A stretch of 64,000 nucleotides of DNA from the sequence record NC_071015.1; one strand, given 5' to 3'. The notes beneath the pieces were generated by a model, which saw only the letters and a list, made by a program, of their open reading frames with translations, was not told the DNA's origin and ran no database searches. The position numbers and the translations under genes are program-made. Position 1 is the first letter of the stretch; every line of letters starts with the position of its first letter. Shown piece by piece: positions 27,576-38,348 of this stretch.

Positions 27576-30500
27576 ATGGCTAGCGACGATTACGAAATCA
27601 ATTGGGATGATGATCCCTTTGGTGGAGATATCGATTTTGACATGGATTTCAACATGGATCCGTTCGCTGGTAAAGGGTTCTTCCGTTCAGTTGCCACCGG
27701 GTTCTTATCCGGCTTGGTGGACGAATCGGTCGGTACAAATGAAGCACGTTTCAGAACGCTGCGCACTGTGTTACCGGACTCCTTTAGCAACGCCCTTGAC
27801 AGAGTAAGCTTCGTTAAAGATCGTATCGATGAACTCGCTCAAGAGTTCAAAGAAGAAAACGCTCAGTCCGCCAAATCCTTACAAAACATTGCTTCCCACC
27901 TCAATCAGAGAATGGCTGGCAAACTCCCAGGTTTTGTACAGAACGGATTGAATAATTTCAGCGAAAAAGACTTCTCGTCCTGGGAACGACTGGATCCTCA
28001 AAATCCAAATTTCAACAACCGCATGGAAAGTACGAGTGAAGGAGATGTCGATCAAGCTATCGATCTCGCCAGCAACACTCAAGCTGGAATGTTCAATTCA
28101 CTCGGTGAATCCCTGAACAACATGACGGTTGCGGCCACTTCTGCTATTCAATCAGCCATCGGTTCCGGAAACCGTCAGCTGGTAAATATAGAAGGGACCA
28201 TGCGTGACATGCTCGATTACCACCGTAACTTCGAGGCACGCATCCACACTGCTCAACTCAGTCTCGCTGCCCGCAGCTACGTTCAAGACGCCAAGTTCTA
28301 TAAGTTTATGGAAGCAGGCGTTCACGCTGAAGTCACCGAGCTGAAAAAGATTGCGAAGTTTGCCTCGCAAAGTGATTACGAAAAAACCAGCACGTACACG
28401 GCATCAAAAGCGTATGTGCGTAACAAACTGTTCAGTACAGTCGGTAAACGTCTGGGTGGTCTTACCGGCCTGCTTAAAGATCGTTTTGGTAAAGACAGTC
28501 GCAGTGAGGCGTATTCTGTTTTTGGCAGTTTGATTAACAACGTGTCAGACGGCATTGACATGGCGGGCGATACTGGAATGTCCCGTGGCATGCTGGGTGA
28601 CATTCTGGGTAAAATGGTTGCGGGTGTGGCGATTGAACAATTGCCAGTGTTCTTTACCCGTGGTCCAGGTAAACGTGCCATCGATAAGATGACCAAGCTT
28701 TACCCTGAACAAGCCGCCTATATAAAAGGTCAAGTTGAGAAACTGACTGAAATGGGCCACGTGGCATCGTACGTTTCTACCTCAGGTGTGGGATTGTTAA
28801 ACCATGCTGCGGAAAACTACCAAGCCATGGACGAGATGAAGTTTGTTGACTACGAAGATTATGTCGACAGTCTTGAACCTGGTGAGAAACCCCTTCCTAA
28901 AGCGATGTGGTCCCTGTTAAACACAGGCAGCAACAAAATGAAGGAGTCCATTAACAAGTTGATGTCAGACGCCACGAAAGCGCGCGGAACTCAATACGTT
29001 CTGCAACGCCGTAACGTGAAAGATCTGAATCAGCCTGGTATATGGAAAGAGATGAACAACATCACGCTGAATGAAGTTCTTCCGGGACTGATTTCAAAGA
29101 CCAACCAGATTCTGGAGCAATTTAGAACAGGTCGTGATGATGTTGAAGCAGTCAGCTATAACTACATGCGCGGGCAGTTCCAAACTGACACCCAGAAACG
29201 TATTTCAGTGCAAGCTGACTTGATGCCACACGGTGAGTTCCAACGTTACGCACAAGCTTCTCTTAACTTGGTTGACGGACTGGACCCGGATAAGCTGCTT
29301 TCTCCGGCTGCCCGTAAAGCGTTCGCTCAGATCATCGCCAAAGATATCGATGCGGAGATGGGCTTTAACCCATACTTCTATTTGGGTGAGATCAAAGGGG
29401 TTTCTCCTGAACAGCAAAAAGAAATCCATGCTGTTCTGATGCGCCATTTCGGAATTACCACCGAAGATGTACAGACCTATAACCAGTCAGACAGTTTCCA
29501 GCGTTTAAAACAGATGTCGAACATGCCGACCTCTGAGGGACGTGAACGTTTAAATGCGACCTCTGCTTCAGCAGCCAACATTAAACAGAACTTCCCGAAC
29601 GTAGCTGAACGCATCGACCTGTTACGCTCTACCGGTAATGAACAGTTGTTGCGTGACCTCGGTGTGATTTACACGGAGAACGGAATTGACAAGATCAACA
29701 TGCAAGCGTTCCATGATCGTATTGGGATGTACATGGATGATCCGAACAACCCGTTACTGCGTGGCGTGGCTCCTGGAACAGACACCAAAATCCCAACGGT
29801 AGCGAACCCGTTCAACCCAGTGGGAAGTGCAGGTCCAACCGCTAACCCGTATGAAGGATTGACAAGCGTCCTCGGTAAGTTGAACGACCAGCTGTCTAAT
29901 CTGAAACTCCCAGAGCCAGTGAAAGCCGACTCAGCCTCTCCGCTGGTCAACTTTGATGCGGCAACGGGTGAGTTGACGGATATAAAGGAAAGCAACCGCG
30001 GGATTCTGGATAAGATCACCAACCTTGACAGTTTGATGAAGTCAATGGTGGATTTGGCTAACAGTGGAAAACTGATCACCGGTAAAGCTGATACCACGTC
30101 TGACGAGAAAGCCGAGGAACGAACCAAGAAATCATTGCTGCAGCGTTTCAGAGGGATTCTGCCTACCAACATGATGGACCGGGGGATGAAGTTCATCCTC
30201 AGCCGTAACCCGATGGTACTGGGTGGCATGCTCGGCATGGTGGGCTCGCAATTCTTTCAGAATCCATTAGCTTCAGTTGCAGTTGCCGGTGGGGGACTGC
30301 TATTAGGAGCGGCGATAAGCCACTATAAAAGTCGCAACGGTGGAACTGCATCAGAAGGCGCTGAACCGTCTGATGATGAAGACATTCTGGATGAGACCGG
30401 TGAACCGATCCTGAAAGCTGCAAAGCTTAAAGCCGGTGAGTATTTCGATGCGGCAACCAAACAGGTCATTAAAACCTGGAACGATATCCGTGGTCCCATT

Positions 30501-33500
30501 TGGGATGCGGTCAGTAAAACGGTAATCGGTGCCCGTGATTTAGCAGGCAAGATCTTTGGAGCCGACGGTCGCGCTGTGGTGCTCCGTGGTCTTCGTCATG
30601 TTCGTGATGCAGCTGTAGGGGCATACAACTTGCTGGATCCCGTTAACCGCATTAAGTCGGTTATCAACTCAGGGCGTGAAATGGTTTACCAGCAGGACGT
30701 CTATGTCAAATCTGACATGAAGAACCCTGTGCTTCGTGCCGGTAAATTCAAAGCGAGTGAATACTTCGTTCGTGATGAATCTGGCAATTTCAAACCGATC
30801 TCTGGATGGAATGAAATCAATGGTCCAGTCTTTGATAATGAAGGCAACCAGCTGGTTAGTGAAGAAGAATACCAGGAAGGACTGGTCACTTCTTCAGGTG
30901 TGGTTGTACGTAACCTGGGCAACGGTATTAGTAATGTGGTTGGCGGAGCAGCGGGGATGGCTCGAGCCGGATTGGATAAGCTCCTGGGACGCTTTGGGTA
31001 CAATTCTGCCGGAAATAAAGCGGGCGCTGACACTACTACTTCAACGGTAACCGGTTCCAGTAACACTGGGGTTGAACGCCGTCTGGATAAAATCTATCGC
31101 TTGTTGGCGCAGCACTTTGACCTTCCTATGGAGAACGATCCTGAAACCGGTGAACTCAACGGTAAGTCGGGTGGTGGCAGTACTGGTGGTGCGAGCTCAG
31201 GTGGATTCCGTCTTAACTCTTTGGCTTGGAAGAAACGCAAGACTGAAGAAGAAGAGAAGCACAAAGTAAATGAAGCGATCATCAAGATTGCCAAAAATAC
31301 GGAAGGCTTAGGGGAAGAGGGTGAGGGAGAAGAGAAGCAAGGGATCTTCGCTAAACTCAAAGGCTTCCTCGGTGGCATTGCTACCTTCGGGATGAACCTG
31401 ATTAAAAACCCAATCGGAACCATCGGTAACCTGATCTTCGGTAGCCTGGTGAATTCTGCAGGGCGTCTGGCCAAGATCGGTGAGTTCTTGTTCTCTGGTG
31501 TCATGGGTGCGGCTTCGCCTATCTATAAACTGATGAAGTGGGGCTTTACCAAATTGGCCATGGCCTTTGCCGGTAAGAAAGCAATTGGTAGCCTGACGGA
31601 AGATGCCGACCTGGATGTTGAGCAGCACGGTCAGTCCGGTAAAAAGAACAAGAAGAAAAAAGGGAAGAAAGGTAATAAAGGAAACAGACCACCACGTCGT
31701 CCTAAGGGACCAAAAGGTGGCCGCGGTCTGTGGGGGACGGTGATGGCGACAGGCATGGCATACGCCGGCTCTGAAGCGTTAAACGCCCTTGATGACGATC
31801 CTGATGCGTACACGAACGGAACTGAGGATTTATCCGCAGGAGAACGTGATCCTGCCACAGGACGTTATAAGACCTGGACGGACAGTGCAGTTGAAGCTGC
31901 GACCAGTTGGCTTCCGCAAGGGATGTTGGCTGACAGTCTGGTGAAAGGCGCGTTGGGGGAAGACACGTATCAGAAGCTTGATAACTACGGGTTGTTCTGG
32001 TCGTCTGACGGCAAGTTCTTTATTAGCCGTGGTGAGCGTGACGGTCATGAAGACAAGTTGAACGGTATTGTCAGTGCGGATGGGGGATACGGTACGGTTA
32101 AATCTAATACCAAGATCACCCAACAAAAACGTATTCGCTTTGCGATGTACGGCATTAAAGATATCGAAACCAACTTGGGTCGTCGGGTCATGGCACTGGA
32201 AAATGCCCTTTATCCGTATGTGGTCATCCGTAACAATCGCGCTTCCTTGAAACCTGACGCGCCGATCGATTCCATCATCGACACCTTTGCGAACAGTGGG
32301 GTGAGTAAGTGGAACGATAAGAGTGCAATTGCCACTTGGTTCTTGGCGCGTTTCAAACCGGTCTTCATGGTTTATAATGCTGCTGTCTCAGTAGCACGTA
32401 TGGGGGACATTGTTGAGTTTGATAATGCCAAGTCATATGACGTGGTCCAGATTGTTGAACGTGTTCAGCAAACCCTGGCTAACTTGAACCCGTATCCTTT
32501 CACCATCGATACCCGTATTGATGATAAAGAAGGGACCATGAGTGCTGAGCAAACACGCGATGTGGTCAGCAAGATGTTGGAAGAGTTACGAAAAGAACTT
32601 CCAGCTCCGCCAGCAGTGAACGAGAAGATCGCTACTACTGCTGAAAACCTGGCTAACACCAAAGCAGGATTACCGGGGCAGTCTACTACCACACCAACCG
32701 CAGAAATGACAGCACAGGACAAGTTGGGTGCCGCAGCGGCACGTGCGTCCTCTGAAGCAGCAGAACGGGCCTTTACTCAGCCTGCTGATGTACAGTCTAT
32801 TGACATCAGTGACATGATGCCAGGTGCCAACAAAGAGATGGATGCCTTTACTATGGTCCGTCTGGCAGTCTATGGTAACATCGATAACATGCCATGGCGT
32901 GTTGAAGCGGTTCTCCGTTTAGAACGTTACCTGGAAAACTTCATTATGGTAGTGGGTGACGATGCTCGCTTTACCGGTAAATCCAACCAGGTCTTGGAAC
33001 TCTTCAAGGCTAGCTTCCGTATCAACAGCGATATTGCAGCGAACAACTGGATGATCTGGTTCCGGGACCGTTTCTTACCGACCATGATGACCTATGTTAA
33101 AGAAGTCTATAAACTGCGTGGGATGAACCCGTCACGGGGATGGAAACAACTGACTGCAACTAACCGTGCAGTGATTGCCCGTGCACTGACCGCTCAGATT
33201 GTTTCAACTGCCGATGAACAAAAACCGGTATGGGAAATTGAAGCGTCTCCGTTCCCGGGATCCAAATCCGGTGTGTGGCCTGATCGTGCGAACAAGTACC
33301 TTCAGATCTTGGATGCGAAAGCCCAAGAAGCACGCTTGAAAGATCCAGAGATGGAAGACGAGAAAAGTAAAGCGACCACCAAAGAACCTCTGCAGCGCGC
33401 CCAGTCCAGTGACATGCAACAGCGTACACAGGACATCATGAACTCTGTATTCAAAACAGGGGCAACCGGCAGCAGCGGGCAACCTGGGTTCAACCCAGGC

Positions 33501-34844
33501 TCATCTGGAGCAGGCGGATACTATCCAAACGCTACCATGAGCGCACCAGGCGGTGGGGCAGGTTCAGCAGGTGCCTTTATGGGCAAAGCTGACGCTAACT
33601 TTAACCCTGAATTCATCAAGCAAGCCGGTGAAGATAAGGGCATCAAGATGTCGCTGGAACAAGGTGAGAAGCTCATGCTCAACCATCTTGTTAAAGCAGG
33701 TTTCCGTGACAACAAAACCTTGGCACTTGCCTTGGCGATGGCACGTAAGGAAACCGGGGATTATCGGAACACGGTGGAGAATACCAACTGGTCCGCCCCG
33801 ACCTTGATGAAATACTTCAAAAACATCCCTGATGCCGCTACAGCACAGAAAGTCGCTGCCATGTCGCCGGCTGAACGTGCGATGTGGGTTTACGGTCGTC
33901 AACCAAAAGCCAAAGATCTGGGTAACCAGAAACCGGAAGACGGTTGGTTGTATCGTGGACGTGGACTGTTCCAATTAACGGGTCGGTCTAACTACGAGGC
34001 ATTTAAGAAAGCCACAGGTATTGATGTAGTAGCAAATCCTCGGCTGGTGTCTGAAGATCCTAACGTCATGGCTGAATCTGCCGTGTGGTATCTGAAGAAC
34101 AACAAAGCGATGCAGTCGATTGCTCAGACCGGGGACTTTGACACAGCTGTGCGCGGGATCAACGGCGGTAATGCGGTTCCTGCAACGGATGAACGTCGTT
34201 CGTTCTACAACGACTACCTCAACCGTCTGCGCAGTGGCGATCTGAACTTGCCAGGTACAGGCGATGATGCCAGCACCGAAAGCAATGACGCAGCGACAAT
34301 GCAAGCCCCGACGCAAGCCCAGGTTCCTGAAGCAGCGGATAAAAACGTTCCTCAGGACAAAGTGGTCAAACCGGAAGATGCACCTGTCAGCGCTAAACCG
34401 ACTACCGCAACCAGTGCTCAAGAGCTTATCCGTCAAGCCAACGCTAGCAGTCAGCCATCTAATGTAGGAACTACAAATACATCAGCGGCCACGAATGCTT
34501 CTCCGTTGTCCTCACCGGTGGCACCTGAGTCAAGTGCAGCGACTAGTGCAGGGCCAGCAAATGCGTCTGCTCCAAGTTCGACGATCACCAATACCCCAAC
34601 CGTGGCAAGTTCTGCACCTGTTGCTCAAGAGCCTGTCTCTCCACCGCCTCCTAAACAGAGTAATAAGAGAGAAGCTCCGCCAGCACCACTGCCTTCACCG
34701 ACAGTGAATCTCCCAGATCAATTGAGTGTTCAAGACCAGGTCATTGCCGAACTGATGAAGTCCAGCAACAGCACCTTGTTAGAGATCCTCAAGACACTGA
34801 AGAACGGGCAGAAGAAAACCGGCGCAGGGATTGTGGATTTGTAG
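27576..34844 (+). CDS. Tape-measure / tail-associated peptidoglycan hydrolase (phiKZ gp181-like) with C-terminal GH19 domain
   Basis: 2422 aa, helical; central hydrophobic segments; GH19 motifs KETG, YRGRGLFQLTGRSNY, AVWY, INGG at about 33670-34230; divergent from vRNAP genes. Confidence 0.85.
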   Translation: MASDDYEINWDDDPFGGDIDFDMDFNMDPFAGKGFFRSVATGFLSGLVDESVGTNEARFRTLRTVLPDSFSNALDRVSFVKDRIDELAQEFKEENAQSAKSLQNIASHLNQRMAGKLPGFVQNGLNNFSEKDFSSWERLDPQNPNFNNRMESTSEGDVDQAIDLASNTQAGMFNSLGESLNNMTVAATSAIQSAIGSGNRQLVNIEGTMRDMLDYHRNFEARIHTAQLSLAARSYVQDAKFYKFMEAGVHAEVTELKKIAKFASQSDYEKTSTYTASKAYVRNKLFSTVGKRLGGLTGLLKDRFGKDSRSEAYSVFGSLINNVSDGIDMAGDTGMSRGMLGDILGKMVAGVAIEQLPVFFTRGPGKRAIDKMTKLYPEQAAYIKGQVEKLTEMGHVASYVSTSGVGLLNHAAENYQAMDEMKFVDYEDYVDSLEPGEKPLPKAMWSLLNTGSNKMKESINKLMSDATKARGTQYVLQRRNVKDLNQPGIWKEMNNITLNEVLPGLISKTNQILEQFRTGRDDVEAVSYNYMRGQFQTDTQKRISVQADLMPHGEFQRYAQASLNLVDGLDPDKLLSPAARKAFAQIIAKDIDAEMGFNPYFYLGEIKGVSPEQQKEIHAVLMRHFGITTEDVQTYNQSDSFQRLKQMSNMPTSEGRERLNATSASAANIKQNFPNVAERIDLLRSTGNEQLLRDLGVIYTENGIDKINMQAFHDRIGMYMDDPNNPLLRGVAPGTDTKIPTVANPFNPVGSAGPTANPYEGLTSVLGKLNDQLSNLKLPEPVKADSASPLVNFDAATGELTDIKESNRGILDKITNLDSLMKSMVDLANSGKLITGKADTTSDEKAEERTKKSLLQRFRGILPTNMMDRGMKFILSRNPMVLGGMLGMVGSQFFQNPLASVAVAGGGLLLGAAISHYKSRNGGTASEGAEPSDDEDILDETGEPILKAAKLKAGEYFDAATKQVIKTWNDIRGPIWDAVSKTVIGARDLAGKIFGADGRAVVLRGLRHVRDAAVGAYNLLDPVNRIKSVINSGREMVYQQDVYVKSDMKNPVLRAGKFKASEYFVRDESGNFKPISGWNEINGPVFDNEGNQLVSEEEYQEGLVTSSGVVVRNLGNGISNVVGGAAGMARAGLDKLLGRFGYNSAGNKAGADTTTSTVTGSSNTGVERRLDKIYRLLAQHFDLPMENDPETGELNGKSGGGSTGGASSGGFRLNSLAWKKRKTEEEEKHKVNEAIIKIAKNTEGLGEEGEGEEKQGIFAKLKGFLGGIATFGMNLIKNPIGTIGNLIFGSLVNSAGRLAKIGEFLFSGVMGAASPIYKLMKWGFTKLAMAFAGKKAIGSLTEDADLDVEQHGQSGKKNKKKKGKKGNKGNRPPRRPKGPKGGRGLWGTVMATGMAYAGSEALNALDDDPDAYTNGTEDLSAGERDPATGRYKTWTDSAVEAATSWLPQGMLADSLVKGALGEDTYQKLDNYGLFWSSDGKFFISRGERDGHEDKLNGIVSADGGYGTVKSNTKITQQKRIRFAMYGIKDIETNLGRRVMALENALYPYVVIRNNRASLKPDAPIDSIIDTFANSGVSKWNDKSAIATWFLARFKPVFMVYNAAVSVARMGDIVEFDNAKSYDVVQIVERVQQTLANLNPYPFTIDTRIDDKEGTMSAEQTRDVVSKMLEELRKELPAPPAVNEKIATTAENLANTKAGLPGQSTTTPTAEMTAQDKLGAAAARASSEAAERAFTQPADVQSIDISDMMPGANKEMDAFTMVRLAVYGNIDNMPWRVEAVLRLERYLENFIMVVGDDARFTGKSNQVLELFKASFRINSDIAANNWMIWFRDRFLPTMMTYVKEVYKLRGMNPSRGWKQLTATNRAVIARALTAQIVSTADEQKPVWEIEASPFPGSKSGVWPDRANKYLQILDAKAQEARLKDPEMEDEKSKATTKEPLQRAQSSDMQQRTQDIMNSVFKTGATGSSGQPGFNPGSSGAGGYYPNATMSAPGGGAGSAGAFMGKADANFNPEFIKQAGEDKGIKMSLEQGEKLMLNHLVKAGFRDNKTLALALAMARKETGDYRNTVENTNWSAPTLMKYFKNIPDAATAQKVAAMSPAERAMWVYGRQPKAKDLGNQKPEDGWLYRGRGLFQLTGRSNYEAFKKATGIDVVANPRLVSEDPNVMAESAVWYLKNNKAMQSIAQTGDFDTAVRGINGGNAVPATDERRSFYNDYLNRLRSGDLNLPGTGDDASTESNDAATMQAPTQAQVPEAADKNVPQDKVVKPEDAPVSAKPTTATSAQELIRQANASSQPSNVGTTNTSAATNASPLSSPVAPESSAATSAGPANASAPSSTITNTPTVASSAPVAQEPVSPPPPKQSNKREAPPAPLPSPTVNLPDQLSVQDQVIAELMKSSNSTLLEILKTLKNGQKKTGAGIVDL

Positions 34845-34860
34845 TTCGAATGAATTAATG

Positions 34861-34885
34861 GGTGGGCTTCGGCCCACCTTCTTTT
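34861..34885 (+). terminator. Intrinsic terminator (UUCG loop)
   Basis: GGTGGGC-TTCG-GCCCACC followed by TTCTTTT. Confidence 0.8.
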
Positions 34886-34896
34886 AGAGGTCCTTT

Positions 34897-37098
34897 ATGA
34901 GTGTTAGCATTAACTATAAGGATAAGAATATTGTCTCTCGTTCATTTCGATTAATGAGTGACGGTATTAAAGATCCCGAAAAAGTATTGATTCGTTCCGA
35001 CTACGACCTGTACACCAGTTTCTTCTCTACCGCAATGGGTGATAACAGGTTTGTGAATCCACTTCCAGGGTTCAGTCGGAATACGGATCCTTACCCTAAA
35101 CCCATCATGGAAAACAACCTGGGTAATCAGGGGCGCTATTATAAACGTATTCACAATGATAATGCCTTGTCGGTCACATTGACTGCTGGCGTTCCCGAGT
35201 TTACCGGGATGATCACCTTCATTCTGAATATGTTCGATTACTCGGCATCGGTAATGGCCAACAAAGGTCGTGCGCCATCATGGGCATACTACATTGGTCA
35301 GGCCGCGGGTGCGATTGCATTCTGGCCCGCCCAGATCATCGCCACATCGTTTAACTTCTTTGAGTTCTTAACGAACACACCGAAGAACAAATGGTATTAT
35401 GCTAAACCTACCATGGGTCAGTATTTCACTGCAGCTCAAGGTATCTTTAACGACTTGATGGTATCAGCCGGTTATGCATTAACGGTATTGCCGAATGACC
35501 GTCAAGAGCAAGGTAACAGCAAAGCCGGTGATCGTGACTTTGCCGCCGGTGGACAGAAAGGGTATTTGAAAGACAGTACAATTGCAAAGAACAACGCCTC
35601 GTATTTGCACAGTCTGTTCCCGGATGCCATTAATAAAGATGGTACGATTGACATCTTAAAAATCTCGACCCGTGGGGTTCGTAAATTCCGTTACTTCATG
35701 AAGAAGGTTAAAGATCTTGATGACACGTTCGGAATCAATACGGTCGCCCAAAAAGATAAAGCCATTGAGGGTATCCTTGATAGCTTAATTAAAGACAGCG
35801 GTTTCGTGAATGCGAACAGTGGGTATACAGAAGGTATCTCAACGCAAGACTACCTGATGGAAGAGCTGAAAACTGTTGGTGCGTCCCGTGGACTGGATGA
35901 GATCTCCTATCCTGAAATCTCGTCAGCTTACACCAGCAAAGATGCTGGGGTTAACATCAAGCCTGAATCGGAAGCGATGGCGGCATCGGGTGGCAGCTCC
36001 ATTGCTGATTTGCAAGGTAAGCTCTCCCAATATAACACCGAAAGTTTTGGTGTGAATAACGGAGCCTCGGGCGGTCCCGCAGCACAGACCCCTCCTGATC
36101 TTAACGGAACCGTCCCTAACAGCATGGGTAGTCCCAACGACGTCTCTGAGAGTTCGTGGTTTGGACAAATCGGACAACTTCTGATGGACGGCTTTTACGG
36201 CGGTCTCGATGGAGTGACATTCCGTACAGAAGGTTCAGGCTCGGTCTCAGACTCCTTCGGTAACTCGACTACCCAGTCAGCGATTGCTTCTACGTTCAAC
36301 AGTACCGTACAAGCTGTGCAAGACTTCAAGTTTAACTTGTCAGGGGGTCAAACCGGGATTGGGATTGTCGATGAGTTTGTTAACACCATTAAGGACTCGG
36401 TAGCGGGGTTAGCCGCAGGGTCGGTAATTGGTAACGTTCCGTTGGCATTGCTGGGGAACTCCAAAGTGGATATCCCGGAACACTGGGAAGATTCCAGTAC
36501 CAACTTGCACAGTGAAAGCTTTAGCTTCTACTTTGCCGCCCCGTATGCTCATCCGTATTCCATTGCGACAAATATCTTTTTACCGTTAGCACTACTGATG
36601 CCATTTGTGGTACCGTTCTCCACAGGTGGTTCAACGTACACCGCTCCGTTCTTGGTGAAGTGTTTCAGTCGCGGTAAATCGATCATCCGTACCGGTATTG
36701 TGCAAAACGCTTCCTTTGAATTTGGGTCTGGACCATTAGGCTGGACAACAGACATGAAACCACTGAACCTGCGCGTGAACTTAACCATCGCAGATTTGGA
36801 TAAAGTTATGTCAGTTCCTATCAGCCGTGTGACCAACCCACTGGATCTGTTAAACATTGCCAAACAGTCCTCGCGTTATTTAGGGGACATCGGGAAATAT
36901 AACGACTGGGTAAACCGTGTAACAGGTACGGACTATCTGGACACTGTGTTGCGCTATAACGACTTAAACCGTCGTATGACGCGCTTTACTACGGATGTTG
37001 AGAACATGTTCAAACCGGCCACTATCGCAGGCGTAGTTAACGACTCCATCGTCGGTGACGTTGCACGTATCTTTACTGGTCGCCCATTGAACCGATAA
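34897..37098 (+). CDS. Virion (tail/baseplate) structural protein, phiKZ gp182-like
   Basis: 733 aa directly after tape measure; NPLPGFSRNTDP, GVPEFTG. Confidence 0.65.
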   Translation: MSVSINYKDKNIVSRSFRLMSDGIKDPEKVLIRSDYDLYTSFFSTAMGDNRFVNPLPGFSRNTDPYPKPIMENNLGNQGRYYKRIHNDNALSVTLTAGVPEFTGMITFILNMFDYSASVMANKGRAPSWAYYIGQAAGAIAFWPAQIIATSFNFFEFLTNTPKNKWYYAKPTMGQYFTAAQGIFNDLMVSAGYALTVLPNDRQEQGNSKAGDRDFAAGGQKGYLKDSTIAKNNASYLHSLFPDAINKDGTIDILKISTRGVRKFRYFMKKVKDLDDTFGINTVAQKDKAIEGILDSLIKDSGFVNANSGYTEGISTQDYLMEELKTVGASRGLDEISYPEISSAYTSKDAGVNIKPESEAMAASGGSSIADLQGKLSQYNTESFGVNNGASGGPAAQTPPDLNGTVPNSMGSPNDVSESSWFGQIGQLLMDGFYGGLDGVTFRTEGSGSVSDSFGNSTTQSAIASTFNSTVQAVQDFKFNLSGGQTGIGIVDEFVNTIKDSVAGLAAGSVIGNVPLALLGNSKVDIPEHWEDSSTNLHSESFSFYFAAPYAHPYSIATNIFLPLALLMPFVVPFSTGGSTYTAPFLVKCFSRGKSIIRTGIVQNASFEFGSGPLGWTTDMKPLNLRVNLTIADLDKVMSVPISRVTNPLDLLNIAKQSSRYLGDIGKYNDWVNRVTGTDYLDTVLRYNDLNRRMTRFTTDVENMFKPATIAGVVNDSIVGDVARIFTGRPLNR

Positions 37099-37116
37099 AA
37101 AAAAAGAAAGCATAGT

Positions 37117-37144
37117 CCTCTACTCCCCAATCGGGGAGTAGAGG
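37117..37144. terminator. Bidirectional hairpin terminator
   Basis: CCTCTACTCCCC-AATC-GGGGAGTAGAGG; A-tract upstream, GGTTATGTTT downstream. Confidence 0.8.
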
Positions 37145-37150
37145 TTATGT

Positions 37151-38281
37151 TTATGTATCGAGGGTCACTGCACTTGGGAAATCTTGTTTGAACACTTCCA
37201 ACGCAGATTGTTCTGCCAGCATTCCAGAACCACAAATCAACGGACCCAGCTCATCCACATCCACCAATAAGATCTTGGCACTTTCAGAGATGTTGCTCAC
37301 CAGTCCCAGGTTAGTGGCCAGACCGAATTGCGTCGGGTATGTGTACCACCTGCTTCCACCAACTGCTGAAAAGACATTCAGCATCTTGGTGGTCAACTCA
37401 GGGTACTGACTTGGATCTACATCCCGGTTGAAGGTAAAGTTGGACAGCATGGATTCGATCAGTTTCGGGTATTTGGCAGCAACTTTGTTTGCCCCTTCTT
37501 TCTGAATGATTCCCATGATGGTGTTCATGGATTCCAGATCGCCCCGTGCAATGGCCAGATCAATTCCGTTAATTAATGCATCGTGGTAATCGGATTGGAA
37601 GACGTACATATCCCCGAAGCGATCATACCCTTGCCACAATCCAGTTTTGATAGACTGGTTCAGCATCTCATTCAGAATGGCATTCATGCCCGCCACGTTG
37701 ACAATGGAACCAAACCCATCCGGATCATCTTTACCGATGAAGTTAATCAGCTCGTTACCTAACTGAAACTTCCAGTCATCGGCAGTATGGATTTTAATGC
37801 CCTTACCTGACGTGTCCACCATGAACAATCCATCAGCCAACCCAAAGGTCATGTTGTTCAGTTCTTTAATGAACCCATCACCGATCTGTTGTTTCAGGTC
37901 GTTCATCGAGTTAATGTTAAAGCCTAACCCTTTGCTTCCCAAACGCAGTAGCTGATCGGTATCCACTTTGAACCCGTCTTCGTACTTAATCAGACTCCCA
38001 ATGTCAGCTATGTTAAACATCCCGCCAGTTAAGTTCTTTAACGTGTTGTTGATTCCGTCAATCGCTTCTGACTTCCAGGCACTTAAGTTTTGCGTTAGAA
38101 CGGTTTGGGCTTCCCCAATCGTCGCAATCCCCGCTTGCACTGACGAGGTAACCGATTTTAACGGATTGACCAACTGCTTGGTTAAACCGGAAACCGTGCT
38201 TCCCATGTTCTGGCTAGCTTTCTGCAAGGTGTTGTTTAAATTCACCCCGTCAAAGATGCTAGTATTTTGAAGTAGTGTCAT
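37151..38281 (-). CDS. Putative virion structural protein
   Basis: 376 aa; convergent with tail genes; no catalytic motif. Confidence 0.5.
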   Translation of the reverse strand: MTLLQNTSIFDGVNLNNTLQKASQNMGSTVSGLTKQLVNPLKSVTSSVQAGIATIGEAQTVLTQNLSAWKSEAIDGINNTLKNLTGGMFNIADIGSLIKYEDGFKVDTDQLLRLGSKGLGFNINSMNDLKQQIGDGFIKELNNMTFGLADGLFMVDTSGKGIKIHTADDWKFQLGNELINFIGKDDPDGFGSIVNVAGMNAILNEMLNQSIKTGLWQGYDRFGDMYVFQSDYHDALINGIDLAIARGDLESMNTIMGIIQKEGANKVAAKYPKLIESMLSNFTFNRDVDPSQYPELTTKMLNVFSAVGGSRWYTYPTQFGLATNLGLVSNISESAKILLVDVDELGPLICGSGMLAEQSALEVFKQDFPSAVTLDT

Positions 38282-38313
38282 AAAAAGATCCCAAAAAAAA
38301 ATAAACGTAGGAG

Positions 38314-38339
38314 GTTACTCTACCCGAAGGTAGAGTAAC
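38314..38339 (-). terminator. Hairpin terminator
   Basis: GTTACTCTACC-CGAA-GGTAGAGTAAC; displaced U-tract on minus strand. Confidence 0.7.
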
Positions 38340-38348
38340 ACGTCCGTT

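Noticed and set aside
27400-27576. Tail-assembly-chaperone frameshift gene upstream of the tape measure
   Set aside because: The upstream gene is the divergent vRNAP beta', leaving no room for a chaperone gene or slippery site.
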